DNA from: an uncultured Planctomycetia bacterium
GTDB lineage: Bacteria > Omnitrophota > Gorgyraeia > 2-02-FULL-51-18
Direction: 5' to 3'
Length of the DNA: 64,000 bases
Assembly (NCBI GenBank): GCA_964431835.1
Contig: CAYSKO010000010.1
Location: 267-64,266, forward strand
Position numbers and translations under genes: made by a program. Below are positions 14,250 to 24,873 of the stretch, in pieces (within the stretch, counting starts at the first letter, position 1; each line of letters opens with the position of its first letter). The notes below the pieces were generated by a model. It ran no database searches. It worked only from the letters and a program-made list of their open reading frames with translations, and had not been told where the DNA came from.

Positions 14250-14328
14250 TGGTCGGGGCGGCGGGATTCGAACCCACGATCTCCTGCACCCCAAGCAGGC
14301 GCTCTAGACCAAGCTGAGCCACACCCCG
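14250..14328 (-). tRNA. tRNA-Pro (anticodon GGG)
   Basis: Minus strand reads CGGGGTGTGGCTCAGCTTGGTCTAGAGCGCCTGCTTGGGGTGCAGGAGATCGTGGGTTCGAATCCCGCCGCCCCGACCA. It folds as a cloverleaf with anticodon loop TTGGGGT, a GGTTCGAATCC T-arm and an encoded CCA. Confidence 0.85.
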
Positions 14329-14414
14329 ACGTAAACTTTTCGATTTTTAATTCAGGAACCGGCATAGGGTTTGCCGATCTCCTAGCCCCTCACGCCCTAA
14401 CCGATCACGCTGGT

Positions 14415-15062
14415 TTATTCCGTCGTGCCCGTCTCGGACGCGCTCGGTTCAACTGGCGGCGGCGCGCTTCCTGTGAAAGCGACCGGCGGTTCCGATTCTG
14501 CGAGAGGCGCGTCGCTCGGCGCGGCCTCCGCGATCGTCTTCGCCTTCGCGGCCGCGTCGGCTGCTTCTTTCTCGGCGTCCCAGGGGCTTTTTTTATCGTA
14601 GTCCCATTCGATCGCCGGAAATTCGTAGCCGGCCAGGCGTCGCGAGCCATCCCAATCTTCGCCGTGGCCGATCTCGACCACGCGGCCGGTCGTGATTTCC
14701 ACCGTCGCGGTCAGGTGCGACGAGAACGGCAGCGTCGTCTGGTACCAAAGCTCTTCGTAGTCCCCGCCGACGGACGGCGTCGTAAAATCGGGCACGCCGA
14801 CTTTCTCGACGAATTCCTCGCGGGTGCCGCCGATCTCGAACACCTTCGCCCGCTCGGACTCGAGCTCTTGGCCGTCGGTCAGCGTCTCCGTTCCTGTATC
14901 CGTGCCCGTCTCGGAGGAAAATTCGAGATCGGAATCGCCGGGACCCGGACCCGCGTCGAGCGCGTCGGGCAACTCGCTCTCGGTGCCGATACTCGCATAC
15001 GCGCGCACGGCGGCGACCAGCATGAGAACGGCGATCCCTACGAAAAGCTTCGAAATTTTCAT
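14415..15062 (-). CDS. Secreted hypothetical protein (signal peptide; acidic, T/E/D-rich)
   Basis: 215 aa. N-terminus MKISKLFVGIAVLMLVAAVRAYA is a signal peptide. I recognise no domain. The start lies 1 nt after the stop of the upstream small ORF. Confidence 0.55.
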   Translation of the reverse strand: MKISKLFVGIAVLMLVAAVRAYASIGTESELPDALDAGPGPGDSDLEFSSETGTDTGTETLTDGQELESERAKVFEIGGTREEFVEKVGVPDFTTPSVGGDYEELWYQTTLPFSSHLTATVEITTGRVVEIGHGEDWDGSRRLAGYEFPAIEWDYDKKSPWDAEKEAADAAAKAKTIAEAAPSDAPLAESEPPVAFTGSAPPPVEPSASETGTTE

Positions 15063-15063
15063 C

Positions 15064-15249
15064 TTACCGCAGCGGTCGTTTCGACCCGCGGAACAAAAGC
15101 CACGAAATCCAAAATTGTCCTAGAGCGACGGAGGCGACGATCCAGCTCATCGCCCAGTCACCGCGTTTCAGCGGAGCGATCAGGTACGACAGCGTCGCCG
15201 CGCCAGTGGCGATCAGCGCCCACGCGGCGGCGACGAACGCGGCCTTCAC
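15064..15249 (-). CDS. Small membrane protein (61 aa, two predicted TM helices)
   Basis: MKAAFVAAAWALIATGAATLSYLIAPLKRGDWAMSWIVASVALGQFWISWLLFRGSKRPLR. The start overlaps the gpsA stop (ATGA) and third-position GC is high. Confidence 0.45.
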   Translation of the reverse strand: MKAAFVAAAWALIATGAATLSYLIAPLKRGDWAMSWIVASVALGQFWISWLLFRGSKRPLR

Positions 15250-16253
15250 TCCCGCTCGTTTCGCTGGTCGCTACACATGAGCGCTTGGACCACGACTTTC
15301 GGGTCGCGGCGCCGGAAAAGAACGTCGTGGACGGCTTCCGCGATCGGCATCTTCACCTTCAGCTTCTTGGCGAGGCGGTAAGTGGCCAGGGCGGTATCGA
15401 CGCCCTCGACGACCATCTCCGTCTCCCCTAAAATTTTCTTGAGCGCCTTCCCCTTGCCAATCTCCTCGCCAAGCGAGCGGTTGCGGCTGTGGGGCGAAAG
15501 ACAGGTGGTCGCGAGATCCCCGAGGCCCGAAAGGCCCATAAACGTTTCCCGGCGCGCTCCCATTGTTTGACCCAAGCGCGCCATTTCGGCCACGCCGCGC
15601 GCGAAAAGAACTGCACGGGTGTTCGAACCGTAGCCGAGCCCTTGCACGATGCCGGACGCGATCGCGAGGACGTTCTTCACGGAGCCTCCGAGCTCGACGC
15701 CGATGACGTCGCTCGTCGTGAAAAGCACGAACGTGTCGGTCATGAACGCTTCGCGTGTCTTCTCGGCCAGCGTGGCGCTCTTCGACGCCACCGAAGCGGC
15801 CGAAGGGTACTTCATCGCGACGTCGCGCGCGATCGTCGGTCCCGACAGAACGGCGACGCTCACGCTCCCCAGCTCTTCACGCACGACCTCGGACATCGTT
15901 TTCAAAGATCCGGTCTCGATCCCCTTCGACACGATCACGAAGGACTTCCGCTTCAGGTTCAAACCACGCAGTTTCCGCACCACGGGCCGCATGTACTGGG
16001 ACGGCGCGGCGAGCACGATCCACTCGGCATCGGCGACCGCCTTCGGCGCATCGGAGATAAGCTCGATCGAAGCGGGAATTTTGAATCCCGGCAGAAATTT
16101 TACGTTCTCACGGCGCTTTTTCATCTCCTCGACGTACTCGGAGGAAGCGCCCCACAGCGACGGACGGTACCCGTTTTGTGCCAACAAAAGAGCGAGGGTG
16201 GTTCCCCACCCCCCGTTTCCCAAAACAACGATTTTTGTATCTTTTGATGGCAT
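15246..16253 (-). CDS. gpsA: Glycerol-3-phosphate dehydrogenase [NAD(P)+]
   Basis: 335 aa starting MPSKDTKIVVLGNGGWGTTLALLLAQNGY (Rossmann fold), with a GpsA C-terminal domain. Confidence 0.9.
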   Translation of the reverse strand: MPSKDTKIVVLGNGGWGTTLALLLAQNGYRPSLWGASSEYVEEMKKRRENVKFLPGFKIPASIELISDAPKAVADAEWIVLAAPSQYMRPVVRKLRGLNLKRKSFVIVSKGIETGSLKTMSEVVREELGSVSVAVLSGPTIARDVAMKYPSAASVASKSATLAEKTREAFMTDTFVLFTTSDVIGVELGGSVKNVLAIASGIVQGLGYGSNTRAVLFARGVAEMARLGQTMGARRETFMGLSGLGDLATTCLSPHSRNRSLGEEIGKGKALKKILGETEMVVEGVDTALATYRLAKKLKVKMPIAEAVHDVLFRRRDPKVVVQALMCSDQRNERE

Positions 16254-16297
16254 AAGGACTTAGAAGGTCGTCTCGCGCCTCTTTTGGTGAAAAAATA

Positions 16298-16326
16298 AGT
16301 ATAGCAAACCTAGGGGGTAGGGTCAA
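16298..16326 (-). promoter_or_regulatory. Sigma70-type promoter of gpsA (TTGACC-N17-TATACT)
   Basis: On the minus strand, TTGACC (16321-16326) is followed by a 17-nt spacer and TATACT (16298-16303), about 45 nt upstream of the gpsA ATG. Confidence 0.55.
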
Positions 16327-16345
16327 TTCCGAAAATTGCCGTAAC

Positions 16346-16765
16346 TCAGGCGTTTTGAGGGAGATTCGCTCCGAACGGAGAGCCACCAGGGAACCGGTCG
16401 GAGAGCATATCGAACTTGATGGTGTGCATAAAGACGACCGCGAAGACGTGCAGATCCTGAACGACGTAGAAACTTCCGATCACGCGGTAAATCATCTGTC
16501 CGACGCCGGTCTTGTGATCGAAGGTCTTCCGGATGGAGACGTGGCGGTCTTTTTTCGTGTACCCGCCGTGGGACTGGACATTCATCCAGCTCTTCAGTTG
16601 CTCGGCGCTCTTCGACGTATTCTGCTCCGAGACGTAGTAGGAGTACTTCTTCTCCGCGCGCGCCACGACCCCGTCCTGATCGATCAGCTCCACGATCGAG
16701 AGATTCTTGCGTTTATGGTTGTTCGACGTCGTGGTCTTGATGCTGATCTCTCTCATGGGATTCAC
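16346..16765 (-). CDS. Hypothetical protein, translationally coupled to the HD-GYP gene
   Basis: 139 aa (MNPMREISIKTTTSNNHKRKNLSIVELIDQDGVV...). Its ATG overlaps the HD-GYP stop (ATGA). GC3 is high and no domain is recognised. Confidence 0.5.
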   Translation of the reverse strand: MNPMREISIKTTTSNNHKRKNLSIVELIDQDGVVARAEKKYSYYVSEQNTSKSAEQLKSWMNVQSHGGYTKKDRHVSIRKTFDHKTGVGQMIYRVIGSFYVVQDLHVFAVVFMHTIKFDMLSDRFPGGSPFGANLPQNA

Positions 16766-17430
16766 GCGGCCTTCACTCGTTTGTGAGGAATCTCTATCTT
16801 TTTGACGGGACGCCCCGTCTCCACGATCTTGAGGAACGCTTTCACGAGATGCGGGTCGAACTGCGTGCCGGAACAGCGATGGAACTCCGCGATCACTTCG
16901 TCCATGGCGAGGGCTTTTCGGTAAGGCCGGTCCGTCGTCATCGCGTCGAACGCGTCGGCGATGGTGATGATCTTGACCTCGAGCGGGATCTGGTCCTTCT
17001 TCAAACCGTACGGATACCCTTTCCCGTCGAAGCGCTCGTGATGATGGAGGATGATCGGGATCCCCTGCTTGATGAACTTGAGATCGCAGAGGATTTCGGA
17101 ACCGTAAAGCGGGTGAAGCTCGATCTGCGCGCGTTCTTCGATCGTGAGCTTCCCGGGCTTGAGGAGGATATTATCCGATACCCGGATTTTGCCCACGTCG
17201 TGCAGGCGGCAGCAGTGACGAAGGAGTTGGAGCTTCTTTTTGCCCAGCGCCAGGTGCGCCCCGAGCCAAACTGCGTAAGTCGTTACCCGCTCCGAGTGGC
17301 CGCGCGTGTAAGGATCGCGCGCCTCAATGGCGTAAGCGAGGGTGTTGATCGTCGCGATATTCGAATTCTTATTCGCCAGGATCAATTGACGCTGGCGATA
17401 GTCCGATATGCGCCTAGGAATCATGTTCAC
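16762..17430 (-). CDS. HD-GYP domain phosphodiesterase (c-di-GMP/cGAMP-type), stand-alone
   Basis: HD motif RLHDVGK is present with ...HHERFDGKGYPYGL (the GYP motif). The track start is GTG at 17430; ATG at 17424 (MIPRR) is an alternative. An AT-rich 5' region lies upstream. Confidence 0.8.
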   Translation of the reverse strand: MNMIPRRISDYRQRQLILANKNSNIATINTLAYAIEARDPYTRGHSERVTTYAVWLGAHLALGKKKLQLLRHCCRLHDVGKIRVSDNILLKPGKLTIEERAQIELHPLYGSEILCDLKFIKQGIPIILHHHERFDGKGYPYGLKKDQIPLEVKIITIADAFDAMTTDRPYRKALAMDEVIAEFHRCSGTQFDPHLVKAFLKIVETGRPVKKIEIPHKRVKAA

Positions 17431-17560
17431 CCCATCCGCTATGACATTTTAAATAAATTAAAGAACTACTCTAAAAAAAAATCGCCGTACAACAGGAGTA
17501 TACCCGGGTAGGCAGGGGTTACCAAGAGTCGGCGCCACCGAACAGTAAATATTGTATCTA

Positions 17561-18166
17561 CTAACTAATCTTTTTCTCTTCCCCTTTCTTGAGCCGGGAG
17601 ATGTTTTCACGGTGCGTCCATACGACGAGGCCCACCATGATAAACGCGCAGAGCACTGTCCCTGCGTTCACGTGGATACGAACGATACCCAGGATCACCG
17701 CAGTGATGAGAAATGCTACGAGCGCGGCGAGCGAGCTAACGGAAACGATGCGGGTGGTTTTGAAAGTCGAAAGCCAGACAGGCAGAGCGGAGGCGAATGC
17801 GACGGGAAGTCCCGCCGCCGCTGCGCCGGCTCCGGTGGCGACGCCCTTCCCGCCCTTGAAACCCAGGAAAGGCGTGAAGACATGCCCGAGCATCGCCGAT
17901 AGACCGATCCAAAGCGCGCGCTCCGGCGGCCCGTCGGCCAGCCGGAAAAGAAGTGCGGGAAGAAGTCCCTTTAAAAAATCCACCGCAAACACGATACGCC
18001 CCGCGTCTTTTCCGAGCACCCGGAACGCGTTGGTCGCGCCGACATTCCCGCTTCCGTGCTTCCGGATGTCCGTTTTAAAGAAAACACGCCCGAAGACGTA
18101 AGCCGTAGGAAACGATCCGGCGAAAAACGCCACGACCATAAAAAGAAGCATCTGGCGGCTGCTCAT
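17561..18166 (-). CDS. plsY: Glycerol-3-phosphate acyltransferase PlsY (acyl-phosphate dependent)
   Basis: 201-aa multi-TM protein with the PlsY signature HGSGNVGATN. Confidence 0.9.
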   Translation of the reverse strand: MSSRQMLLFMVVAFFAGSFPTAYVFGRVFFKTDIRKHGSGNVGATNAFRVLGKDAGRIVFAVDFLKGLLPALLFRLADGPPERALWIGLSAMLGHVFTPFLGFKGGKGVATGAGAAAAGLPVAFASALPVWLSTFKTTRIVSVSSLAALVAFLITAVILGIVRIHVNAGTVLCAFIMVGLVVWTHRENISRLKKGEEKKIS

Positions 18167-18723
18167 GGGATAAGCCTTTTACCGATGCGGATGTACAGGA
18201 TGCCCGAAGCAACCGTCAGGATTCCGGTGAGTCCAAAAAAAAGATTCCGGAGCGGTTCGGGAGCCGCCACGAGCGCCAAAAGGATGGTGAGCATCTGGAC
18301 GAGGGTCGTGGCCTTGCTCGTGAAGAGCGGTTCGGCCTTGAGTCGGCCCGTCGTCATGAAGACGACGCCTGATCCGGAAAGGATGAGAAGATCGCGCGCG
18401 AGAACGAGAATCGTCGTCCACGCGGGCACGCGGATCTCGGGCGGGAGATGGTTCATGTACGTCAGCGAAAGAAATCCGGACACGAGGAGAAGCTTGTCGG
18501 CGATCGGATCCATGTAGGCGCCGAACGCGGTCAGTTGGTTCAGCCGCCGCGCAAGGTAGCCGTCCAAGGCGTCCGTCGCACACGCGACGAGGAAGGTCAG
18601 TATCGCGAGTTTGAGGAAATACGGTTTATCAGGAGCCGCGTACGTGAGGCAGGTCACGAAAACCGGGACCAGAAGCGCGCGGAGGATCGTGAGATTGTTG
18701 GCGACGTTCCGGCCGCCGGCCAT
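18163..18723 (-). CDS. pgsA: CDP-alcohol phosphatidyltransferase (PgsA-like; CDP-diacylglycerol--glycerol-3-phosphate 3-phosphatidyltransferase family), paralog 1
   Basis: 186 aa with the motif DALDGYLARRLNQLTAFGAYMDPIADK (D-G-x2-A-R-x8-G-x3-D-x3-D). Confidence 0.75.
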   Translation of the reverse strand: MAGGRNVANNLTILRALLVPVFVTCLTYAAPDKPYFLKLAILTFLVACATDALDGYLARRLNQLTAFGAYMDPIADKLLLVSGFLSLTYMNHLPPEIRVPAWTTILVLARDLLILSGSGVVFMTTGRLKAEPLFTSKATTLVQMLTILLALVAAPEPLRNLFFGLTGILTVASGILYIRIGKRLIP

Positions 18724-19284
18724 CTATTCCAGCTTGCCGACGCGCCGCGGCGGCCACCAGCGGAAGAACGCCTTCCCGAGCACGTTCTTCGCGGGCACGA
18801 AGCCCCAGAAGCGGCTGTCGGTGGAATTCGCGCTGTTGTCTCCGAGCACGTAGTAGGAATCCGCGGGGACCTTCACGACGACGCCGGGGCCGCCGTAATC
18901 CTCGTGGTTGTAATAATAGAAGCGGTTGAATACCTCTTCGGTGACCGGACGTCCGTCGACGAAGAGCTTCCCGTCCCGGATCTCGACGGTCTCGCCGCCC
19001 TTGGCGACCAGACGCTTGATGAAATCTTTCTTTTTATCCTGGGGATACTTGAAGACGACGATGTCGCCGCGTTCCGGATCCTGGAAGCGGTAGATAAACT
19101 TGTTCACAAAGAGCTTGTCGCCCTCGAGCAGGGTCGGCCGCATCGAACCCGACGGGATCTTGAATGCCTGAACGACGTACGTGCGGATCACGAGAGTCAG
19201 GACCAGCGCGATCAGGATCGACTGGATCCATTCGCGCGTCTCGCGCTTCACGTCTTCCTTCGTGATTTTAGGAAAAAGGCCCAT
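18724..19284 (-). CDS. lepB: Signal peptidase I
   Basis: 186 aa with N-terminal TM, catalytic Ser box (IPSGSMRPTL), Lys box (KRLVA), and GDNSANSTDSRFWG. Confidence 0.9.
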   Translation of the reverse strand: MGLFPKITKEDVKRETREWIQSILIALVLTLVIRTYVVQAFKIPSGSMRPTLLEGDKLFVNKFIYRFQDPERGDIVVFKYPQDKKKDFIKRLVAKGGETVEIRDGKLFVDGRPVTEEVFNRFYYYNHEDYGGPGVVVKVPADSYYVLGDNSANSTDSRFWGFVPAKNVLGKAFFRWWPPRRVGKLE

Positions 19285-21084
<1,800 letters not shown>

Positions 21085-21100
21085 TTGAGGGTTTCTTTTT

Positions 21101-22510
21101 TCAGGCGCCGACCGGCAGGTTCAGCGAAAGTTCCTTGCCGCGCGCCACGAAGGATTCCGCGAGCTTCTGCGAAGTCGCTTCGGAGTAGATCCTAAGGAGC
21201 GGCTCGGTGCCCGAGAGGCGGAAAAGAAGCCAGCTTCCGTCGTCGGTCACGAACTTCATGCCGTCTTTGGGGTTCACCTCGACAACCTTCTTGCCCTCGA
21301 TCTCCTGGGGCGGGTTCTGCCGGAGATAGGCGAAGAGCTTGGGCTTTAAGTCGTTCGGATATTCGATATCCTGGCGCGTGTAATAGAGTCTGCCGAATTC
21401 GCGTTCGACTTCCTTCAAGATCTCGTCGATGGTCTTGCCGCGCATCGCCATCATTTCCATGAGAAGGAGGCCCGACAGCATGCCGTCGCGTTCGTACATG
21501 TAATCCGGAAATCCGAGACCGCCCGATTCCTCGCCGCCGAGAAGAATTGGCTCGCGCCGCATGATCTCGGAGACGTATTTGAAGCCAACCGGCGTCTCGT
21601 ACACTTTGAGGCCGTGCTTCTTGGCGATCTTGTAAAGGAGGCGCGTGTTCGAGACGGTTGTGACGATATTCCCCTTCTTGCCGAGATCCTCGCAGAAATG
21701 GATGAGGATGAGCGATAGGATGACCCCCGGCGTGATGAATTCGCCGCCTGGTCGGATCGCGCCGACGCGGTCGGCATCTCCGTCGGTCACGACGCAAAGG
21801 TCGTAATCGCCGGACTTCATGAGCTCGGTCGCGTTCTTGAGGTAATTCGGAATGGGCTCGGGGGCGTGCCCGCCGAAGGCGACGTCGCGATTGCCGCGGA
21901 TCGTCTTTACGCTGATCTTGCCGCCGGCGAGGATGCGCTCGACGTTGTCCGCGCCCACGCCGTGCATGGAATCGACGAGAATGCGGTAAGGGGAGTTTTT
22001 GATCGCGTCGAACTTCACGTAGCTCTTCAGGTACTCGAGATACTTTTCGTTAAAATCGCGCACGACAGGATTCGACGCCGTCAGAGCGGCTTTCTTGACG
22101 GGAGACTCTCCGATCAGCGCTTCGACGGCGTCGGTGACGGTCTTGTCGGCCGAACCGCCCCAACTCGTCTTGATCTTAATTCCGTTGTAGCCGGGCGGAT
22201 TATGACTCGCCGTGACGACGATGCCCGCGGTCATTTTGCCGCTGACAATCGCGTAACTCACCGCCGGCGTCGGGCACGCCCGGGACGAAAGCTCGACCTT
22301 GAAACCGTTGCCGACGAGGACTTCGGCGAACGCTTTGGCGAAATTCTCGGAGTTTTGGCGGTAATCGTAACCGATCGCCACCGCGGGGGTGTCGGTCGAC
22401 GCGAGCGTGTAGTCCGCGAAAGCCTGAGCGAGGCTCACGACGTTCTGGGTCGTGAAGTCCTTGTCCATGAGCGCGCGCCAGCCGTCCGTACCGAATTTGA
22501 TCACTGACAT
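21101..22510 (-). CDS. Phosphomannomutase/phosphoglucomutase (alpha-D-phosphohexomutase family)
   Basis: 469 aa with the active-site Ser loop [13 protein letters not shown] and a GTDGWR N-terminus. Confidence 0.85.
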   Translation of the reverse strand: MSVIKFGTDGWRALMDKDFTTQNVVSLAQAFADYTLASTDTPAVAIGYDYRQNSENFAKAFAEVLVGNGFKVELSSRACPTPAVSYAIVSGKMTAGIVVTASHNPPGYNGIKIKTSWGGSADKTVTDAVEALIGESPVKKAALTASNPVVRDFNEKYLEYLKSYVKFDAIKNSPYRILVDSMHGVGADNVERILAGGKISVKTIRGNRDVAFGGHAPEPIPNYLKNATELMKSGDYDLCVVTDGDADRVGAIRPGGEFITPGVILSLILIHFCEDLGKKGNIVTTVSNTRLLYKIAKKHGLKVYETPVGFKYVSEIMRREPILLGGEESGGLGFPDYMYERDGMLSGLLLMEMMAMRGKTIDEILKEVEREFGRLYYTRQDIEYPNDLKPKLFAYLRQNPPQEIEGKKVVEVNPKDGMKFVTDDGSWLLFRLSGTEPLLRIYSEATSQKLAESFVARGKELSLNLPVGA

Positions 22511-23142
22511 CTGAGGTCCTCGATTGCGCGTTTAGCGTCGGGTTTGCCGAAGACCGCGGTACCGGCCACGAGAACGTTCGCGCCGGCCCTCACGACTTCC
22601 GGAGCCGTTTCTTTGTTGATCCCGCCGTCCACTTCGATATCCCCCGTCCAGCGCCCGCGGAGATCGCGGATCTTGGGAAGAACCTCGGGCATGAACGCCT
22701 GGCCGCCGAATCCGGGATTCACCGTCATGAGGAGAACCAGGTCGAGCCTGTCGAGGTCGCGCTCGATCGCCGAGAGAGGCGTCGCGGGCTTGAGCGACAC
22801 GCCGCGACGGACTTTGCGGGAGCCGATCTCATCGAGCAGCTGGGAAAGATTTCCGTTACACGCCTCGACGTGTACCGTGATACTGTCCGCGCCCGCGTCT
22901 GCGAAAGCGCCCACGTATTTCTCGGGATACTCGATCATGAGATGCACGTCGAGCGGAAGCTTCGTGACCTTGCGGATCGCTTTCACGACCACCGGCCCGA
23001 TGGTCAGGTTCGGCACGAAATGGCCATCCATCACGTCGACGTGCAGCCAGTCGCAGCCGGCCGCCTCGACCCGCGCGATCTCGTCTGCGAGCCGTGCGAA
23101 ATCCGCCGACAGGATCGACGGGGCGATCTTCACTTGCGGCAA
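22501..23142 (-). CDS. rpe: Ribulose-phosphate 3-epimerase
   Basis: 213 aa starting IAPSILSADFARLADEI...HVDVMDGHFVPNLT. Confidence 0.9.
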   Translation of the reverse strand: MPQVKIAPSILSADFARLADEIARVEAAGCDWLHVDVMDGHFVPNLTIGPVVVKAIRKVTKLPLDVHLMIEYPEKYVGAFADAGADSITVHVEACNGNLSQLLDEIGSRKVRRGVSLKPATPLSAIERDLDRLDLVLLMTVNPGFGGQAFMPEVLPKIRDLRGRWTGDIEVDGGINKETAPEVVRAGANVLVAGTAVFGKPDAKRAIEDLRCQ

Positions 23143-23187
23143 CTTTGCCTCCCAAACGTCAAAAGGTTTCCGGAAGAAGGCATTAGT

Positions 23188-24462
23188 TTAGCACGCGGAA
23201 AGGAGTTGCGAAAGCTCCCGCTCGACGCTTTCCGATACGGGGCCCACCACCGCCATGTCGAGCGGCTTGCCCTCGAAGAGCGAAGCCGCGACCCGGCGGA
23301 CGTCGTCCGGGGTCACCTTCTCGATTCCGGCGAAGACTTCCTCGGGTGCCCGGCAGCGACCGAGGCTCACCATGCTCTCACCTGCCCAAAGCATCCCGTT
23401 CATCGTGTTCTCGAGCGAAAGGTCGAGCTGGCCCGTCGTGAATTCCTTCGCGCGGCGGAGTTCGTCGGCCGACGGCGGCTCCTTCGCGATGCGGCGGAGT
23501 TCGGCGAGAATCACCTCTAGCGCCTCACGGATCTTCTTCGCGTCGATGCCCGCGGACACGACGAAAGCGCCGGTCTCGTGGTACTTCCGCACCGACGTGC
23601 CAATGTCGTACGCCAGGCCCCGCTCCTCACGCACTTCGTTGAAGAGCCGGGATGACATATTGCCGCCGAGAATCGTCGAAAGGACGTCGAGCGCGTGTTC
23701 ATCCGGATGTTCCTTCGCGAATGTCCGGAGACCGAGCGCCACGTGCGTCTGCTCGATCGGCTTCCGGACGACTCGCAGTAAAGATTTGGGCGAGGACTCC
23801 CTGAAAAGGCCGAGCTCCCTCGTGGTCTTCTTCCGCGATCCGGCGAACGCGCGTTCCGAGATTTCGAGGAGTTGCTTGGAAGTGACATCGCCGGCGGCGA
23901 CCACCGTGATGAGTCCCGGATTGTAGAACGAGTCGCGGTAATCGACGAGGTCCTTCCGCGTGAGCCCGGTCACGGTCTCAACCGTGCCGGTCAGCGCGCG
24001 GCCGAGCGCGTGGCCCGGCCACATGATCTCGGCGAGGATTTCCTCGGCGTATTGCGAAGGCTGGTCTTGGGTCATCTTGATCTCTTCGATGATGACCGTA
24101 CGCTCTTTCTCGAGGTCCGCTTCGGTGATCGAGGCGTCGAGAACCATGTCGGCGAGCACGTCGAACACCGTCTCAAATTGACGGCTCGAGGCCTTTGCAA
24201 GGAAGCACGTGCACTCCTCGGAAGTGAAGGCGTTGAGCGAGCCGCCGGAACCCTCAACGGATTCCTTGATCTGGTTAGCGGTGCGTTTTTTTGTGCCTTT
24301 AAAGACGATGTGCTCGAGGAAATGCGAAACACCCGAGAGCCGCGGTTCTTCGTCGCGGCCGCCTGTGTGGACCCAGATTCCGATGGAGACCGAGCGGCGC
24401 TCCTTCATCGGCACGGCGAGCGCGCGAATTCCGTTGGAGAGAGTCGAGATTTCGACGTTCAC
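23188..24462 (-). CDS. M16-family zinc metallopeptidase (insulinase/pitrilysin-like)
   Basis: 424 aa with the inverted zinc motif HFLEH...E. Confidence 0.8.
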   Translation of the reverse strand: MNVEISTLSNGIRALAVPMKERRSVSIGIWVHTGGRDEEPRLSGVSHFLEHIVFKGTKKRTANQIKESVEGSGGSLNAFTSEECTCFLAKASSRQFETVFDVLADMVLDASITEADLEKERTVIIEEIKMTQDQPSQYAEEILAEIMWPGHALGRALTGTVETVTGLTRKDLVDYRDSFYNPGLITVVAAGDVTSKQLLEISERAFAGSRKKTTRELGLFRESSPKSLLRVVRKPIEQTHVALGLRTFAKEHPDEHALDVLSTILGGNMSSRLFNEVREERGLAYDIGTSVRKYHETGAFVVSAGIDAKKIREALEVILAELRRIAKEPPSADELRRAKEFTTGQLDLSLENTMNGMLWAGESMVSLGRCRAPEEVFAGIEKVTPDDVRRVAASLFEGKPLDMAVVGPVSESVERELSQLLSAC

Positions 24463-24872
24463 CGGCGTTTGGACTCCAGATAAGTTTGAAGGATCAACGT
24501 CGCGGCGACCCTGTCGCTCGTTTCGCGCTGGCGGCGCCGCGACAGCCCGCCCTCGATCATGAAACGCGTCGCCTCGCGGCTCGAGAGCCTTTCGTCCCAG
24601 GTGCTCACCGGAACGCCGAGCGCGGCCTCGATCTTCGGGACGAGTTCGAGCACTTCTTTGGCCTTCGGGCCGTGCGTGCCGTTCATGTTGATGGGAAGGC
24701 CGATCACGACTTCCGTCACTCCGTACTCGAGCGCCACCTTTTTCAGCCCTTCCAGCACCGCGCTCTTTTTCGTGTTCGCGAGCGTCTCCAAACCCTGTGC
24801 GGTCCAGCCCATCGGATCCGACACGGCGAGACCGATCCGCTTTTCACCGTAATCGATCCCGAGAACCCGCAC
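24459..24872 (-). CDS. ruvX: Putative pre-16S rRNA nuclease / Holliday-junction-resolvase-like YqgF/RuvX
   Basis: Reads VRVLGIDYGEKRIGLAVSD.... The likely start is GTG at 24872, 1 nt after the upstream stop; the longer track ORF would overlap the upstream gene by about 58 nt. Confidence 0.8.
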   Translation of the reverse strand: MRVLGIDYGEKRIGLAVSDPMGWTAQGLETLANTKKSAVLEGLKKVALEYGVTEVVIGLPINMNGTHGPKAKEVLELVPKIEAALGVPVSTWDERLSSREATRFMIEGGLSRRRQRETSDRVAATLILQTYLESKRR

Positions 24873-24873
24873 G

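Noticed and set aside
12922-14322. N-terminal extensions of hom (to 14322) and of the macro-domain gene (to 63878) that translate straight through tRNA-Pro genes (…GSNPAAPTNF… / …GSGPRGRGFKSHHPD…).
   Set aside because: The extensions are reading-frame accidents across tRNA sequence. The true starts are the internal ATGs (14208 and 63761), which have the conserved N-termini.
17470-17515. Plus-strand string CCCGGGTAGGCAGGGGTTACC, resembling the 3' half of a GEMM-I (c-di-GMP-I) riboswitch (GGUAGGUAGCGGGGUUACC), next to the HD-GYP gene.
   Set aside because: It is on the wrong strand for the HD-GYP leader and has no downstream plus-strand gene. The 5' half (GCACAGGGCAAACC…GGACGCAAAGCC, P1/P2 stems) is missing. 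The resemblance is most likely coincidental.
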